DNA of 63,120 bases, the filler included, from Choristocarpus tenellus KU-1152 (Eukaryota > Protista > Phaeophyceae), in NCBI GenBank assembly GCA_964200185.2. It is 10 parts of 10 records of this genome, joined end to end, with 100 filler letters (N's around TTAATTAATTAA, not from the genome) between each part and the next. Parts side by side here need not be neighbours in the genome. Positions count along the whole stretch, not along the records: positions 32,147 to 49,979 come from CAXNAD020000623.1; positions 50,080 to 53,961 come from CAXNAD020017388.1; 8 more parts are not named here. One strand, given 5' to 3'. The notes beneath the pieces were generated by a model. That model worked only from the letters and a program-made list of their open reading frames with translations. It was not told the origin of the DNA and did no database searches. Made by a program: the position numbers and the translations under genes. Position 1 is the stretch's first letter. The number at the start of each line of letters is the position of its first letter. Below are positions 40,801 to 53,300 of this stretch, piece after piece.

Positions 40801-43800
40801 TGGCATTGCTGCTGCAGGCATGCCTGGCCAGAGAGGTGGCTGCACGAGCCATGGCAACAAGCCCCTTTGAGGCCATCCAATCACCCCTGGCGGTCTTTGC
40901 TTCCACAGTATCATCCTCAGGACCGGGGTACATAGGCTGGAGAAAGAGACTGCTAGCAGTCCTTGAGGAGAGCAATATAGTGGCAATGTCTGCTACAGCC
41001 CTTAAAGATTGAGGTGTTGATGGTATGTCCCTGAGATAAATGTAATTCCTACCATCTCCCACACAGTGAAGGGGCAGCAGGAGGTTGTCCACCATGGAAA
41101 GAGTGAATGGGGTAGAGAAAGCTCCAGCGGAGGCCCTAGCTATGTTCTTGACATGCTCCAGGGCAAGTGCCTGGAGGGTGTGATGGGGTGGGTGCCAGGG
41201 TCGCTGACCTTCCAGACTCTCCTCTTTGACAATGTCATCTAGTGTGTTGATGTCCACCGTGCCACCTCTTACTATGGTGCAATGAACAAGAACCCAGAGC
41301 ACTTTCTCTCCTGTTTGGTCGGAGGTGTTTGTGCCACTGCTCTGCCCTCCTTGGTTTTCAGGTTCTTTTCTCAAACCCCGCCTACAGCTTCCTTCCATGC
41401 CTTCAATGTCCATGGGGTCCATCTCTTGAGGGTGTGAAGATGTAGTAGGGTTTGGGGGGGTGGTAAAAATAGGCCACATAGCTCCCCTGCAACTTGTGAC
41501 CAAACGACCGAGGAAGGACACAGAGTGATGGAGTAATGCCTGGTCCAGCTCCCCAAGCGATAGATGCTCAATAAGGTCAACTTCAGCCACTCTGGTGATA
41601 ACTTTGAGATGGTGTACACAATATGCTGTAGTGACAGTGGGTTTAAGAGCATTTCCAAGGGGCATGGATGAGGGTAGGGACACAGATGGGAGTTGGGGTG
41701 GTGGATGTGGGGATGGGGATTGGGTCAGGGTGCAGGGCTGGAGGTTGAGGCGCGATGAGTCACAAATGCACCTCTGTTGTTTGCAGCGGCGGAGCATGTC
41801 CTCAATGATGTTGCAGCTGTTCACAGCATGCATCACCCTGGCTGTTGGTATTGTTCTGAGCCACTCTGTGAGCCACACAGCTGTCGAGTCCAAGAGCGCA
41901 AGAAAATGGACTGGAAGGATCATCTCTGCCTCTGCATCAATGCACCAACTTTGTCCCGATCTCCTCTCTGCCAGGATGCTTTGTCCAGTTGGTACATCAT
42001 TCATTCCAGGGCTGCCACCCTCAATGACAGGGATCCTTGGACATGCAAAGAGAGCCAGACAATTCTCCATCATTGATGACACACGGGCATCCGGAAGGTG
42101 TGGGAAGGCCTGGATGCGAAGTTATGGCGGATGAAGTTATAGGACAAAAAATGAGAAAAATGAGCAAGAGGGGAGGGGGGGTGAGGGGTGGATACCTTTG
42201 CATCAACTGTGTACCCTATCCCCATTATATCTGTATAATAAGTTGTGAGTTTTAACAATAACAAGTATGTCAGTGCAAGGGGGACGCACACAGCTCTCAC
42301 CTTGTGTATGGTGGCAAGCATGCCATGTAGGGTCTTGCTGGTCCGAGCAATGGAAGCAAGGAAACAATCTCCGATGATATGGACCAAGTTGCGGTCAATA
42401 GCAGCTACCCCATTGGGATTTGGGACGAAGGACACGACATGCACATTGGATTCCATATGACGTTTTGCATGCCCTAGGATGTTCTCACAGAGGTCTGCAG
42501 CCAGCATGCCTTCTGCCTTCTCATACATGGTCCAGTGCACAGTCAAACCCTATCCCAAACGCCCCCCATGCACAGTGAGTGAGTGAACCATGGTTGCTTC
42601 AACGAAGCAGTTTACAAAACAAGGTCGATGTCTGAATTCTGAACTCAGAGTCTCAAACTTTAAAAGAAAGATGGACTTTTATTGAGATGTCAACTGGGCC
42701 ACTTGGGTGTGGTGAGAGGGTGTTAAAGGATGAAGAAAGGATGAATGTGTTTCTCAACTGTGGTACAATGCAGAATCATTTCTATGCTAGGGTAGTTTGA
42801 TATTGGGCTATACTTTTTTCTTGTCTCAGTCAGAATTCAAACACAGTAGTAAATGGGGAAAGACATTCAGCGCTCAATATATCATGAAAACTGTTGGAAC
42901 TCTTTCTTAAACGCATTTGAAAAGCAAATTGTTGGACACACCTTGGCATGAACATCAGCATCCTCACTTTCAAGGGTACGGCCAACCAGAGTGAGGAACA
43001 TTGCCCAGTGACCACTAAACTGAATGTCCTGCGGCTCAGTCTTGTAGAAAGAAATGCACGAGGAGTATTTGACGGCATCCATGGGAATGGGGTCATCTTG
43101 GGACGCCAGTCACTTCATGAGTACTGAACCATAAGTCAGCCCTAAATCATAAAAATCAGCCATCGATGTTCAAATCATATTTTTTTGTTTGTTACTTGAA
43201 AGCGAAACATGATGACAAATGAATAATTGTTCATTTCGATGTCTGTTGTATTGGTCGATATATAAGACTCTTCATCTCAAATGTATCGATCATTCGTATC
43301 GTTTTCCACCTCTCAACTGCAACCCACCTTCTCCAAAGTCCCTAACGTCTCAATTAGAGTCCCTGTGCTCCTAGATAATCCCTCTTCCAATTTCCCTAGC
43401 ACTGCGCCGACATCCACTGCTGGGCCGAATCTCCCACCACAAAGACTTTCAAGGTTGAAAATTCCACCCCACTCATTGTTTCGAGAGGTTTTCGTAGGGT
43501 GTTGGTACTCCAAGTCACCCAACGCAGCTTCATTTTCGCTCTCCCTCCCTCCTTTACCATCCTGAGCGGCTTCACTTTCCAATGACCGCAAAATCATGCC
43601 TCGCGCCGCCTCAGTCACTGCGTCGAACTTAGACGAAGACACCAGCCGTGTTACAGCTTCATTCATCTTCGAGGGATATACACATCCACCGACTTTATTT
43701 TCCAGCTCACCCGATACAACAAGGTCATCAACATCTCCCCCCAGAGCATCTATGAGCTCCTGGTAGAGGAGCAATCGCAGTTGGCAAGACTGAAAGCCCT

Positions 43801-43918
43801 CATTGGTGCGAGGCACCGAGTCGATGTTTCTCCCCACTTCGTGCTCGTCTCCCTCCTTGGTTGCTCCTGCATGTTTGCGGAGAAGAAGCAAGCACTCCTT
43901 CACAGCTCTCGTTTCCAT
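37818..43918 (-). CDS. TBC1D32: BROMI / TBC1D32 (broad-minded) homologue, ciliary protein
   Basis: Exons 43918-~43328, ~43096-42942, 42549-42301, 42109-38330 (3780 nt), 38030-37818. C-terminal CDWFAAAIFL..APFVWP..EELPLLSEALRQAGWAVAPLAMRWISQC..GPDYQ|VYFVTALLQ parallels BROMI DWF..SLFL..AFLWP..ELP.V.SAF..SG..P.QI...W..QCF..GPDYQVY. The exon 1/2 junction phase could not be resolved cleanly. Confidence 0.8.
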
Positions 43919-44205
43919 CCGACATATGTAGAACTCTCAGCTGGGAGTGTTGACCCAAACTTTCTGATCCGCTTACCTACCACCTATAACAACAGCATAG
44001 CGTAGTGAGGGAGGGATACTTTGAAATTGGATGGGCGGACGGTTTTTTCTCACTCACCATCCAAAAACTAGATTGGATTGCTGATTGGATTGAGTTTGTG
44101 AACAGAGTTGTGAGTTTGTGGTTCCTAGATTGGCCGGTTCAGGAGATCCAGTTCAGTTGCAGGTGTATTATATGTATTGGGCAGGTTTGGCGGTGACTTG
44201 AAATT
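43919..44205. promoter_or_regulatory. Probable compact bidirectional promoter with several ATTGG (CCAAT) motifs
   Basis: 287 bp between divergent ATGs; ATTGG at ~44026, 44072, 44084, 44128, 44176. Confidence 0.5.
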
Positions 44206-45062
44206 ATGGAAGAAGAAGGCAGGACCGAAGTAAAGCTTATCACCAATCCTGTCCACGAATGCAGAAAGGTTGGTATCTGCTCTTAACGAATGTTCTACTC
44301 TGGCTCTAATGACTGGGGAAGGCGAAGTGGTGAAGGAAATCACAACAACCGAGACCTACTGATCTGCAGTGAGCATTAGCTTTTGTAGCCGCGGCTCGTG
44401 AAAGTTTTTGTCAGAAATGAAATGCTCTCCTCCAACTGCAGGGATTAATACGAGAACGTCACACAATACCTGGTTCACCTTCGCCCACCTTCGTCCTCCC
44501 GGTCGCACCTTCCTCTGAAATCATTTGGCAGGAGCAAAAGAGGTATAACAGGTGCATCAAGAAGCACGCCATCAGAATTCTCGGTGCCAATGCCGCAGGG
44601 AGCGAAGAATGTCTCGAGCTGTTTGATGACTTCCAAGATTGCGTTTTGGTGAGGGAAAGTTGCTGTTGTCTTTGTATTCGTTTGGACGCAGTCCAGTGCT
44701 GAGTATTGACAAGTCGATCCCGTTTTCGTGTCCGCTCCCGTAGTAGCAATTTCCGGAGTAAGTGCACGAAAGAGGTCGTTTGGTGTTCCTGATTAACAGG
44801 CGTAGCATTTAGTTATCTTGGTGCGTCGATGTTGACAGTTTGGACCTCTACGCTCATCGTGGCAAAATCTTTGAAGCCTCAACCAAAAATGTTGCTGTTG
44901 TTTGAGTAGTCACATACCATGAAGAGTCCTGATGGCCCCTCTTGGACAGAAAGCTGTGCTATCCTTCCAAACTTAACCTTCCTCCTTTTTCGTTTAATAC
45001 TTTATGTGAAGGGTGCGGTGGAAGTAATGAAGGAGCAGCATAAACAAAAATCCTCCCCTTGA
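44206..45062 (+). CDS. Small twin-CX9C mitochondrial intermembrane-space protein (Mdm35/TRIAP1-like), 3 exons, 76 aa; absent from the ORF track
   Basis: Exons 44206-44268, 44532-44648, 45012-45062: MEEEGRTEVKLITNPVHECRK|EQKRYNRCIKKHAIRILGANAAGSEECLELFDDFQDCVL|GAVEVMKEQHKQKSSP*; two exact CX9C motifs with C...F..[FY]Q.CV as in Mdm35/TRIAP1. Confidence 0.75.
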
Positions 45063-46355
45063 AGGAGCTACTTCACCAAAAACTATACACTGAAGAGAAT
45101 AACAGTCATCCAAGAGAAAGGGTTGGTGCTATGTATCACCCTCCAATACTACAGTATTGGATTGGAAGGTTTTCGTGTTATAGGAGTGTAGTTACTGCTG
45201 GTTCATGTTACATGGTGAGCAGCAAGATGACCAAGATCAACAGCATCACAGCCCCGCATCTGAGAAATGGCGTGCAAATCCTTGGGAGTGCAGATGATCG
45301 CTTGGATTTTTTTTGGAACACAACCATTACAGGAACAATAGGCATTCAACCATTTTTTCCCCCAACCTCTGACCTTAGAGTTGCACTTTCTTGGCCCATC
45401 TTTTTGATGCGTACATCCCAAGCTAGCTGCAACTGTACCTTTGCTTTTTGCAGTGTAGGCAGTAGATAAAGTGTACAAAACATGTATTTGCTAAGCTACT
45501 TCGCAGCACTTGTATGTAGTGTGGAAACCCTTACTAAGCCCTTACGGTCTGGATGATTTCGAGGGTAACGCCATTTTCCGTCTTGCATTTATGCATGTAA
45601 AGTCAAAGTCACATTTTCCAAACAATCATGAAGAAAGTGTTTTCCTTAGATTAACCCATGCTGAATATTTTACCTAAACATATTCCTAGAGGCAATAATA
45701 CTGTCCACTCCAAATTGTGGATAGATGCAGAGTTCAAGCCAATTCACCTGTTCTCATTAGGAAAGCCTTGAATATCAAAAAGGGATGGGAGGGGATGTAG
45801 GTAGGTGTTAGTTGACGGATAGTAGCAACTTTTAACATGAGGCAAAACTCCTTGCCTGAGAGTCCAAGCTCACTACTAGTAATCAAGAGAGCAGGCATTG
45901 GCTAGAAATATTACTTTATGTGGATGGAGTGAGATTCTATTTTGACCTTGGACAGGAGGGAGAAGATCTAAATGATCTGATAGGCAATTTATTAAGTCTT
46001 TCAAGTTGTGGAATTATAGTTGATAAAGTGTGTGATGAGATTTGGAGATTTGATCTGCCGTCACCCCCTCGCCTGAGTGAAACTAGAACTGTACTATTAA
46101 AATGCATTTTTACATCATATGGTATCATAGAGATTCAGGATGTTTGCAATCCTCCCTTTAGAATCCACGTTGAGGATAGCCACAAACGGCAGTGTGGTTG
46201 TACAGGAACAGGGTTAGACAACAGGATAGGGCCATGTTTAGTTTGGTGAGAGACACTTAGATATGAGATGTGTTCAATACAATGTAATGTGGTTTACACT
46301 TGATCGTTACAAAAGACGTTTTTGCTTACACATGCACTGGACAAAAGAAGTGAGT

Positions 46356-46648
46356 CCTGTGCCAACATTCAAGACATACAAGAGCAAACGAAGCGCTTCA
46401 CCATTGTTCTTGTGGATACAAACAGGTCTTCCACTGTACAACACACTGATTCACTCAAAGATATTACACACTTCAAAGTGAGAGTACTTGCTGCCTCAGT
46501 TTGAACTTACGAAGGAATCTTGTGCCAGCATTCAGGAGATGCAAGAAGAAAAAGCCACTGACCATTGTTCTTGTGGATACAAACAGGTCTTCCACTGTAC
46601 CACACACCGATTCACTCAAAGATATTACACACTTCAAAGTAGAGAGTA
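46356..46648. repeat. ~130-bp near-tandem duplication
   Basis: ACCATTGTTCTTGTGGATACAAACAGGTCTTCCACTGTAC..GATATTACACACTTCAAAGT occurs twice. Confidence 0.9.
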
Positions 46649-47174
46649 CCCCCTGCTTTAGTTTGATGTTTAAAAACAAGTACAACTGTAGCAGTTCTAA
46701 GTGGTAACTCACATTGGAGGAGTATTACTCGTACAAGAATAGGAACACTTGCTGTCCTCTACAATGTGGTTGGGGCAGCAATGCTGATAATGTGAAACTG
46801 GATGGAGCATAAACAGAGGTATAACCAATCCTCTCAAGAGCACAACACCAGATGGTCCTATTCATCACATCTAAACAGTTGTCAGGTTTCAAAGGGTTAA
46901 CATATCAAACACAACCAACTCAAGAAACCTCAAACACAGTTGGAGACTGAGTGGGTGGGCACAACGCAGTCCAGTATCAAACAAGAAACGACCATACTAA
47001 AAATACTAGTCCTACAACAGCAAATCAATATTTCAGACTGGTCTGACTGTACAGGCGGCAATTCACTCCGAGTTACAGGAAGGTGAAAGGCTCACCACAA
47101 AAGTAACTGAGGAAAGAAAGGCGTTACAGCTATTAAACTATGCAGCATATGCAATATATCAATGGACCTCATAT

Positions 47175-49923
47175 CTATTTGGCAAGGGCCGCTACTTCCT
47201 GGAGCTTCTTGATAAAGTCTGGTTTTTCAACGCAGCCTATGCAATCCACTCCATGGGCCTCCAACAACTCTCTTATCTCACGAACTCGGAGCTTGGAGAA
47301 GTCCTCGTCTGGTCGCAGGGGGCGTGCTATTGTTGGGGAAGCAATGGGCATGGAAAAGGGGCAGCAGGCATGGACGTGCATTGGTGTGTGAGGTTCAGGA
47401 ATGCATCCAAGACAGTAATCCTCGTGGATGAAAGAGAGTGGTAAGATTGTCACAAACATATAGAATGCTCTTTTAGAAACCATTAACATACAAACTACAA
47501 GTATGTATACAACCATCACTATCATTGTTCATGTGGAGATGTCTCCCGCCCTTCCTAGCCTGGATACAGCATTTAGACGCATTTGTGCCCTCTCCAAGTA
47601 TACGCAGCAGGTTGTTCCCCATTTCAAACACAAGTTAGTTGAACTCCACATGCTCGTTTGCCTGCAACATCACAACCATTCCTTGAAATGCCCGCAAACT
47701 GGACCTGCTAAAACTATCAACTTTGTTATTATTTCTACACTAAGGCAAGAGGGAGATACACACCCTTTCCTAGTGTAGTAGTCGAAATCATAGCAATTGA
47801 ATCACTATGTATGATTTGACGAAGTTGTGATTTATTGAAACCAAAAATGGAGGGGCAATATATTTCATTGTGAGTCTTTCATGCAAATACAATTTGCGTG
47901 ATCCAGTCATGGCACTTGGCACCTTGTGCACTGTACACATGTTTCAACTATGATAAATTTTCTTAGCTGATAAAATTCGTAACATTACCTTCCTCAAAAC
48001 ACAACTCTGCATCCACACAAGGGCTCTTACATAAATATCACCACAGGCCATCCATGAGCATTATGGGGGAGAGAAATCAATACTCTTCTGCATGGATCCA
48101 CATCAGCATTTTCCACTGCTTGCTCCCAGACATCTTTTAGATGCAACTGCGCCTTCAGCGCAATAACCGTCATCTACAGAGGGGTAGAGATCTAGCGTTG
48201 CATGCCATTATTGTTGCTGTTGCTAGAAAGTCAAGGAAACTTTGAAAGAAGTCATCCAGTAGATCCTAAACACCCCCGCCCCCTCCACTTCCTGCTTCCT
48301 GTGACTGAATGGCATTTGACTCACCCATCTTCTGTTTCTTCTCAGAATGGGCCAACTCTGCATCTTTGCATTTGCTCCCATCCCGTAGTCCTTTAACGAA
48401 ACGATCAAGGGCCTCTCCACGAAGCTCCCCCTGAGACACCGAAACGACATCCAGGAACACACAGCAAAGATGATTGGATTGGTTGTTACATCAACAATAC
48501 CCAGCACTTGGAAGGCAGTAGAAAGTGTACCAAACTACCTCAAGGGATAGGGAATGGAGGACGTAAAATCTTTACTCCTCCATCACGCAAGTTTGGAGGA
48601 GACAAATTTGTAGAGCAGAACCATCCTTGATCAATGAATTGACAAAGGAAAAAAGCAAGTAGAGTAACACAGCAGAAAGAATGGATAAGAGAAGCAAGAT
48701 CAATATTTCAGAAATAGTATGTTCTTCCGGTTCACAACGCTAAAAACTATAGAAACTCCTCTTGTAGAGTATAGAGATGATTATTTACTGATACACACAT
48801 ATACACATATACACATATACACATCCATTACCGCCACAACACACAAGACAATTTCCATCACTAAAAAACACAGAAGGTTTAATTCTCCCCCCTCCCTCCC
48901 CTCCCCCCCCGCCATAATATTCTCTATTGTGTTCCTTTTCTCCTTCTTCGCTCCTCACACAGATATTTTCCATGCCCAACTGATTTGGGGGTGAGCATAC
49001 CTCATACGGGAATGTGACTGCCCCATCCCCTCCACAGAAGAAGATAAGTTGCGGCTGGGATAAAACAAAATATGCCTGGGCTAGGGCATCATTTTTCCCT
49101 CGTACTTCGCCGAACGCCACCTTGAAAATCGGAAAGCCTTTTTCGTTAAAGTATCAAATGCAGTCTATTATTACACTGGCATACAAGAAATGATTCAGTC
49201 AGGTATGAAACACACAGATTTACTGTGCTGTGTACGTGGTGTGACAATTGAAGGTGTTTTATGACCAACATATTGCAAAGCATTAAGACAAAAATTCGAG
49301 GTTGTTGGGGGTGCCTAGCACAAGAAGTAAATAGTGCTCACATGTCTTGTTGATAACTGAGCAAATCTGCATCATAATATTGAGGTAAAGTAGCACCAGT
49401 CCAGTCCTGGAATCAGTCCACCAAGCAGTGGTGAGCCTACTCATACCAAGAAGGCCCACCATAACAATCAAATCATTATGTAATATACTGAAAGCGCATG
49501 CAAAGAATCAAGTACAAAAAAAAAAACTTCATTCAGCAACAATTGCCTCTATGTCAATCAAGGGGGGGGGGGGGGAGAAGAANNNNNNNNNNCAACGGGG
49601 GGGGGGGGCACATCAACTCTCTGCCAATGAGGCACAGCAGTTACAGCTCCAGAACATGTATCAAAGAGACAGTGCGCAAGGGGGTTAGGATTAGGGTTAG
49701 TGAGGGAACAACATTCTTACCCGGTCACGGTAGCGGAACGACAATGACTTGAGAGCAGGAGAAGTATCAAACTTATCGGTGAAAAGGATTCCACACACAC
49801 CCCACTGCGACCCTGCCTTACAGCTTCCCTCCAAAAAGGAGTGAACCTGTTCTTTTCGACGTAGATTGGCAACATATTCTGATGGTAACCGTTCCAGAGT
49901 AAATTCATGCAGTGATTTCGCAT
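47175..49923 (-). CDS. ER-type protein with redox-inactive thioredoxin-like domain and C-terminal ARMET/MANF-like (SAP-like CxxC) domain, 3' exons (partial)
   Basis: Exons 49923-49721, 49120-49001, 48430-48325, 47326-47175 in frame: ILFTDKFDTSPALKSLSFRYRDR|VAFGEVRG..PQLIFFCGG..YE|GELRGEALDRF..|DFSKLRVREIRELLEAHGVDCIGCVEKPDFIKKL. Confidence 0.75.
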
Positions 49924-50339
49924 CTGTTGGAAACAGGATTGAAAATACAGGAGAGGTGAGGGGGGAGGGGGAGGGGGAGNNNNNNNNNNNNNNNNNNNNN
50001 NNNNNNNNNNNNNNNNNNNNNNNTTAATTAATTAANNNNNNNNNNNNNNNNNNNNNNNNNNNNNNNNNNNNNNNNNNNNCTAGATGTCTGATGTACAAAG
50101 TTAGAGATGCCTCCAGCGTGGAGTAATGTGTTACATATATGTGTATGTACATGTGTGATATGTTTATTTATGCTTCAACAATATCATCTCATCCAGCCGT
50201 CCCTGCGCTGCTGCTGCAGTTACTACGCGTAAATACCTACAGAATTAGAGATCCACTGCTGGCATACGATTCCTCTACGATTCCATCCCCCGTCCCTTAT
50301 ATCCACCTCCAACATAACTCCCATGATGGATCCATATAT

Positions 50340-53300
50340 ACATACGTGCGCTACTACAACAGGAACGGCACGAACAAAGAGAAGGATATGACTCCGAAAT
50401 GAGACCTGGTGATGTCCTGGATAGACTACTGGGCGGATACGTACGGGCAGTTCATGCCTTACAAGACCGCAATTGTGATCTACGCCGCGAACAAAGAGGT
50501 AGGTTTTGCCCTTGGTTGTGGAGAGGTTGGCCACACCCTGCGTCGGAGTTAGTTGCAAACCGTGTGACCCAGCAGTACATAGAAGAAGTGGATCGAAGGA
50601 GTATTTGAGTGAAAGTATCTTAGAGGGTGCGAGTTTTGCCCTGTTTATCCTTGGCTTCCCATGTTTTTTTTTATGACATTTTCCTACTCCAAAATATTTC
50701 GGAGAAGGTAAAATATATGCGTTATGAAATAGCGTGTCTAGAATACGGATATTGACACTTCCTAGCAAACACGATAGCCAGAAATACACCAAAATCGCAA
50801 CATTGGATTTTGGCCCCCAAATGGACGCGGCTCTACCCTCTAGGATACCTTGGCTCATTTCGAGTGGTGGGTGTTTATTACTTTGACCAGTCTGAGATTA
50901 TGATTAAAAAAAATGTAAGCTCCGTACGAAGTACTATTTTTTTCGTTTGTTATGTCGAGACTACAATGATGATGATGATACTCGTCGTCGTTTTTACGGA
51001 GGAAGGCACAGTAACTGTTATTTCACCGCTGTGTACACCTACTCTGCGGCCCCGGGCCTGGTCCGACGTTGGTAGTAAAAGTGTGTACTTCATATGTCTC
51101 AAGCACTTCGCAATGATGATGATGATGATGGTAGATTCGCCTCCTTTACTGTTTCTGCAAACGGCGGCGAGGCCCGAACAGAATGACGCTCTTGACAGAT
51201 TTACGAGGATCATTGTATTTGCTCTTTCATTACGCACGATGTAAGCTTGCTTGATCTTGTCTTCCGTGTTGTCAGTCAAGTTATTGGTCAGCCCGCCTTC
51301 GAGAGATCATGCAGCGGTGTTCTTTGAGTGTTCCTTCTCAATAACTCCTCACTTGCCCACACAACCAACTTTATTAATTAGGAGCTATACAAGGATTTTT
51401 GCAAAGAGGCAATACGGGTGTATCCTGACGACACTTCCAAGCGGGTAAGCAAGGCGCACTTCCTCCGATTGCTCCGAGAGGACAGGCCCAAGATCAGGGT
51501 GAGGGTAGGAGGCGAATTTATTAAATGTGACATATGTGTCACCTTAAAAGAGAAGCGGCGCGGTGCGCCTGGTGTAAAACCCACGAACGACTCCACCGTC
51601 CTCGAGTCCATCGTCAAGGAGCTGTCAGACCATCGAAAGATAGGTGTCCAGCGTTAATTTTGCGACAATCATACAGTGGCAACATGTCACCGTCATTGCC
51701 CTCCATTGGGAACAACATCTGTTGCCTTTTGCGAATGAAGACTCCGATGCAGGTGCTTATGGCAGCAACAGCAGCCTCACTCAGCGCAAAACTGTTGTTG
51801 TTAGTTGCCCAAACACTTTGTGTGATAGACTGTTCCTGGTCGTCTACAACGGGCTGTGGGAAGGACAGGTCATGTTGCGGTCTTCCGGCCCCGTACGTAC
51901 ATACTTGCTCCCGTCCCGATAATACTGTCTTTGCCTTGAATGCAGCAGTAAAAAACATATCCAAAGACAAACATTTATTATTACCTACACTCGATTTTTG
52001 TCACGTACCTGGTACGTGTTAACAAGTAGCCTTTTTTTTACACCTCTAAGCAGATTTATTTGATTTACAGACGTGATGTTGCTCTCCCCCATTCGCCAGA
52101 TTATCCAAGCGGATCGGCTGGTCATCGCCAACAACACCAGCAGCGCAATGCGGGCCAAAGCCGACGGCAAGCCTCTCGGCTTCATGTTCATGTCTGTAGA
52201 CGCGGCGAACCAGACATCCTACGCCCTCCCAGCACTTTACCCACCTACTCACGGCAGTGACAGGTAACCACACACACGCATAGTCAATTTGTCAACAAGT
52301 TTGCTGCCGCACGCAGAACAGAATAGATCGCCCTGTTTTATTTAACGAATGAGTGCAAAGTCCTAAGAAATAACCGCCAAAACAGACGCACATAAGTCCA
52401 CTACCTATTCCGTTCATCATGATGATGACGCGCCGTAACACCTTTCTTTACACGTTTCTTTGGTTCATGTCCTTGTTATCAGGGGCTACTCCGAGTGCCA
52501 GAAGATCATGGCCGCACACGTCGAAGGCCAGTTCGTGGAGGTGCTCCTCAAAATCTTGGAGGAGGTATGTATTGTGGGTTGTGGCTCAACAGTCACATGA
52601 CCGAATAGATGCTGGTTGCGCACGCACCACTTGATTTACCATCATGGTGAGGGGACCCGCCGCAGGTTAGATACCTGAAGACGAGTACATCCTTGCACGA
52701 TTTGCCCACAGATACCGCAGGCCCGGTGAACAGTCGATTAACTGATGATGCGCTGTGCTCCCCTGCCCTCGTACGCCTCAGCTTCAGAAGGGGGAGAGGA
52801 GCGTAAGAGCTAATCAAGGAGGAGGGAAACCGACAGACATGTATATCAGCCAGTCGGGTGTATGTACTCTACATCGCAAAAACACATTCCATTACCCCTC
52901 TTTTTAGGTCCAAGTAAACAATGCGTAAGTATGCAGAGTACTATTTGCCAACTAACGACAGACATCATCGTTCGTGCAGGTTGTAACCTTGTCTGCACAG
53001 CCACCCACCTTGCCCTCACAAGGCTTATCGACAAGTACCACAACAGCCTTGATCACACGGGGGGTTGCATCATCCAGCACGCCCATTGGCAGGTAAGAAA
53101 GTTTCATCTTGACACGACCTACTCAACATATACTCGCCAAATACCGGCCACCCAGTAACTAACTGCACGGTGTTTAGTTTTGGTTTGCGGGTTGCAACCT
53201 GCATGTATGATGGAGGTGATGTAGAGCTTGCACTCTAGCACTACTGGAAACAAGCCCTGTTTCTCCACGAAACATGGTGAAATGGGCTGACATATTGGAC

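Noticed and set aside
38424-42134. Plus-strand ORFs overlapping the long BROMI exon
   Set aside because: Antisense shadows of a long coding exon with no independent motifs.
45220-45310. Hairpin just downstream of the CX9C gene as a SECIS
   Set aside because: Has AAA plus a mini-stem and a 3' TGAT, but lacks a properly spaced 5' RTGA core with a paired helix II.
50400-50402. In-frame TGA in the transposase as recoding
   Set aside because: Not at a Cys-type position; other lesions (lost donor) indicate pseudogene decay.
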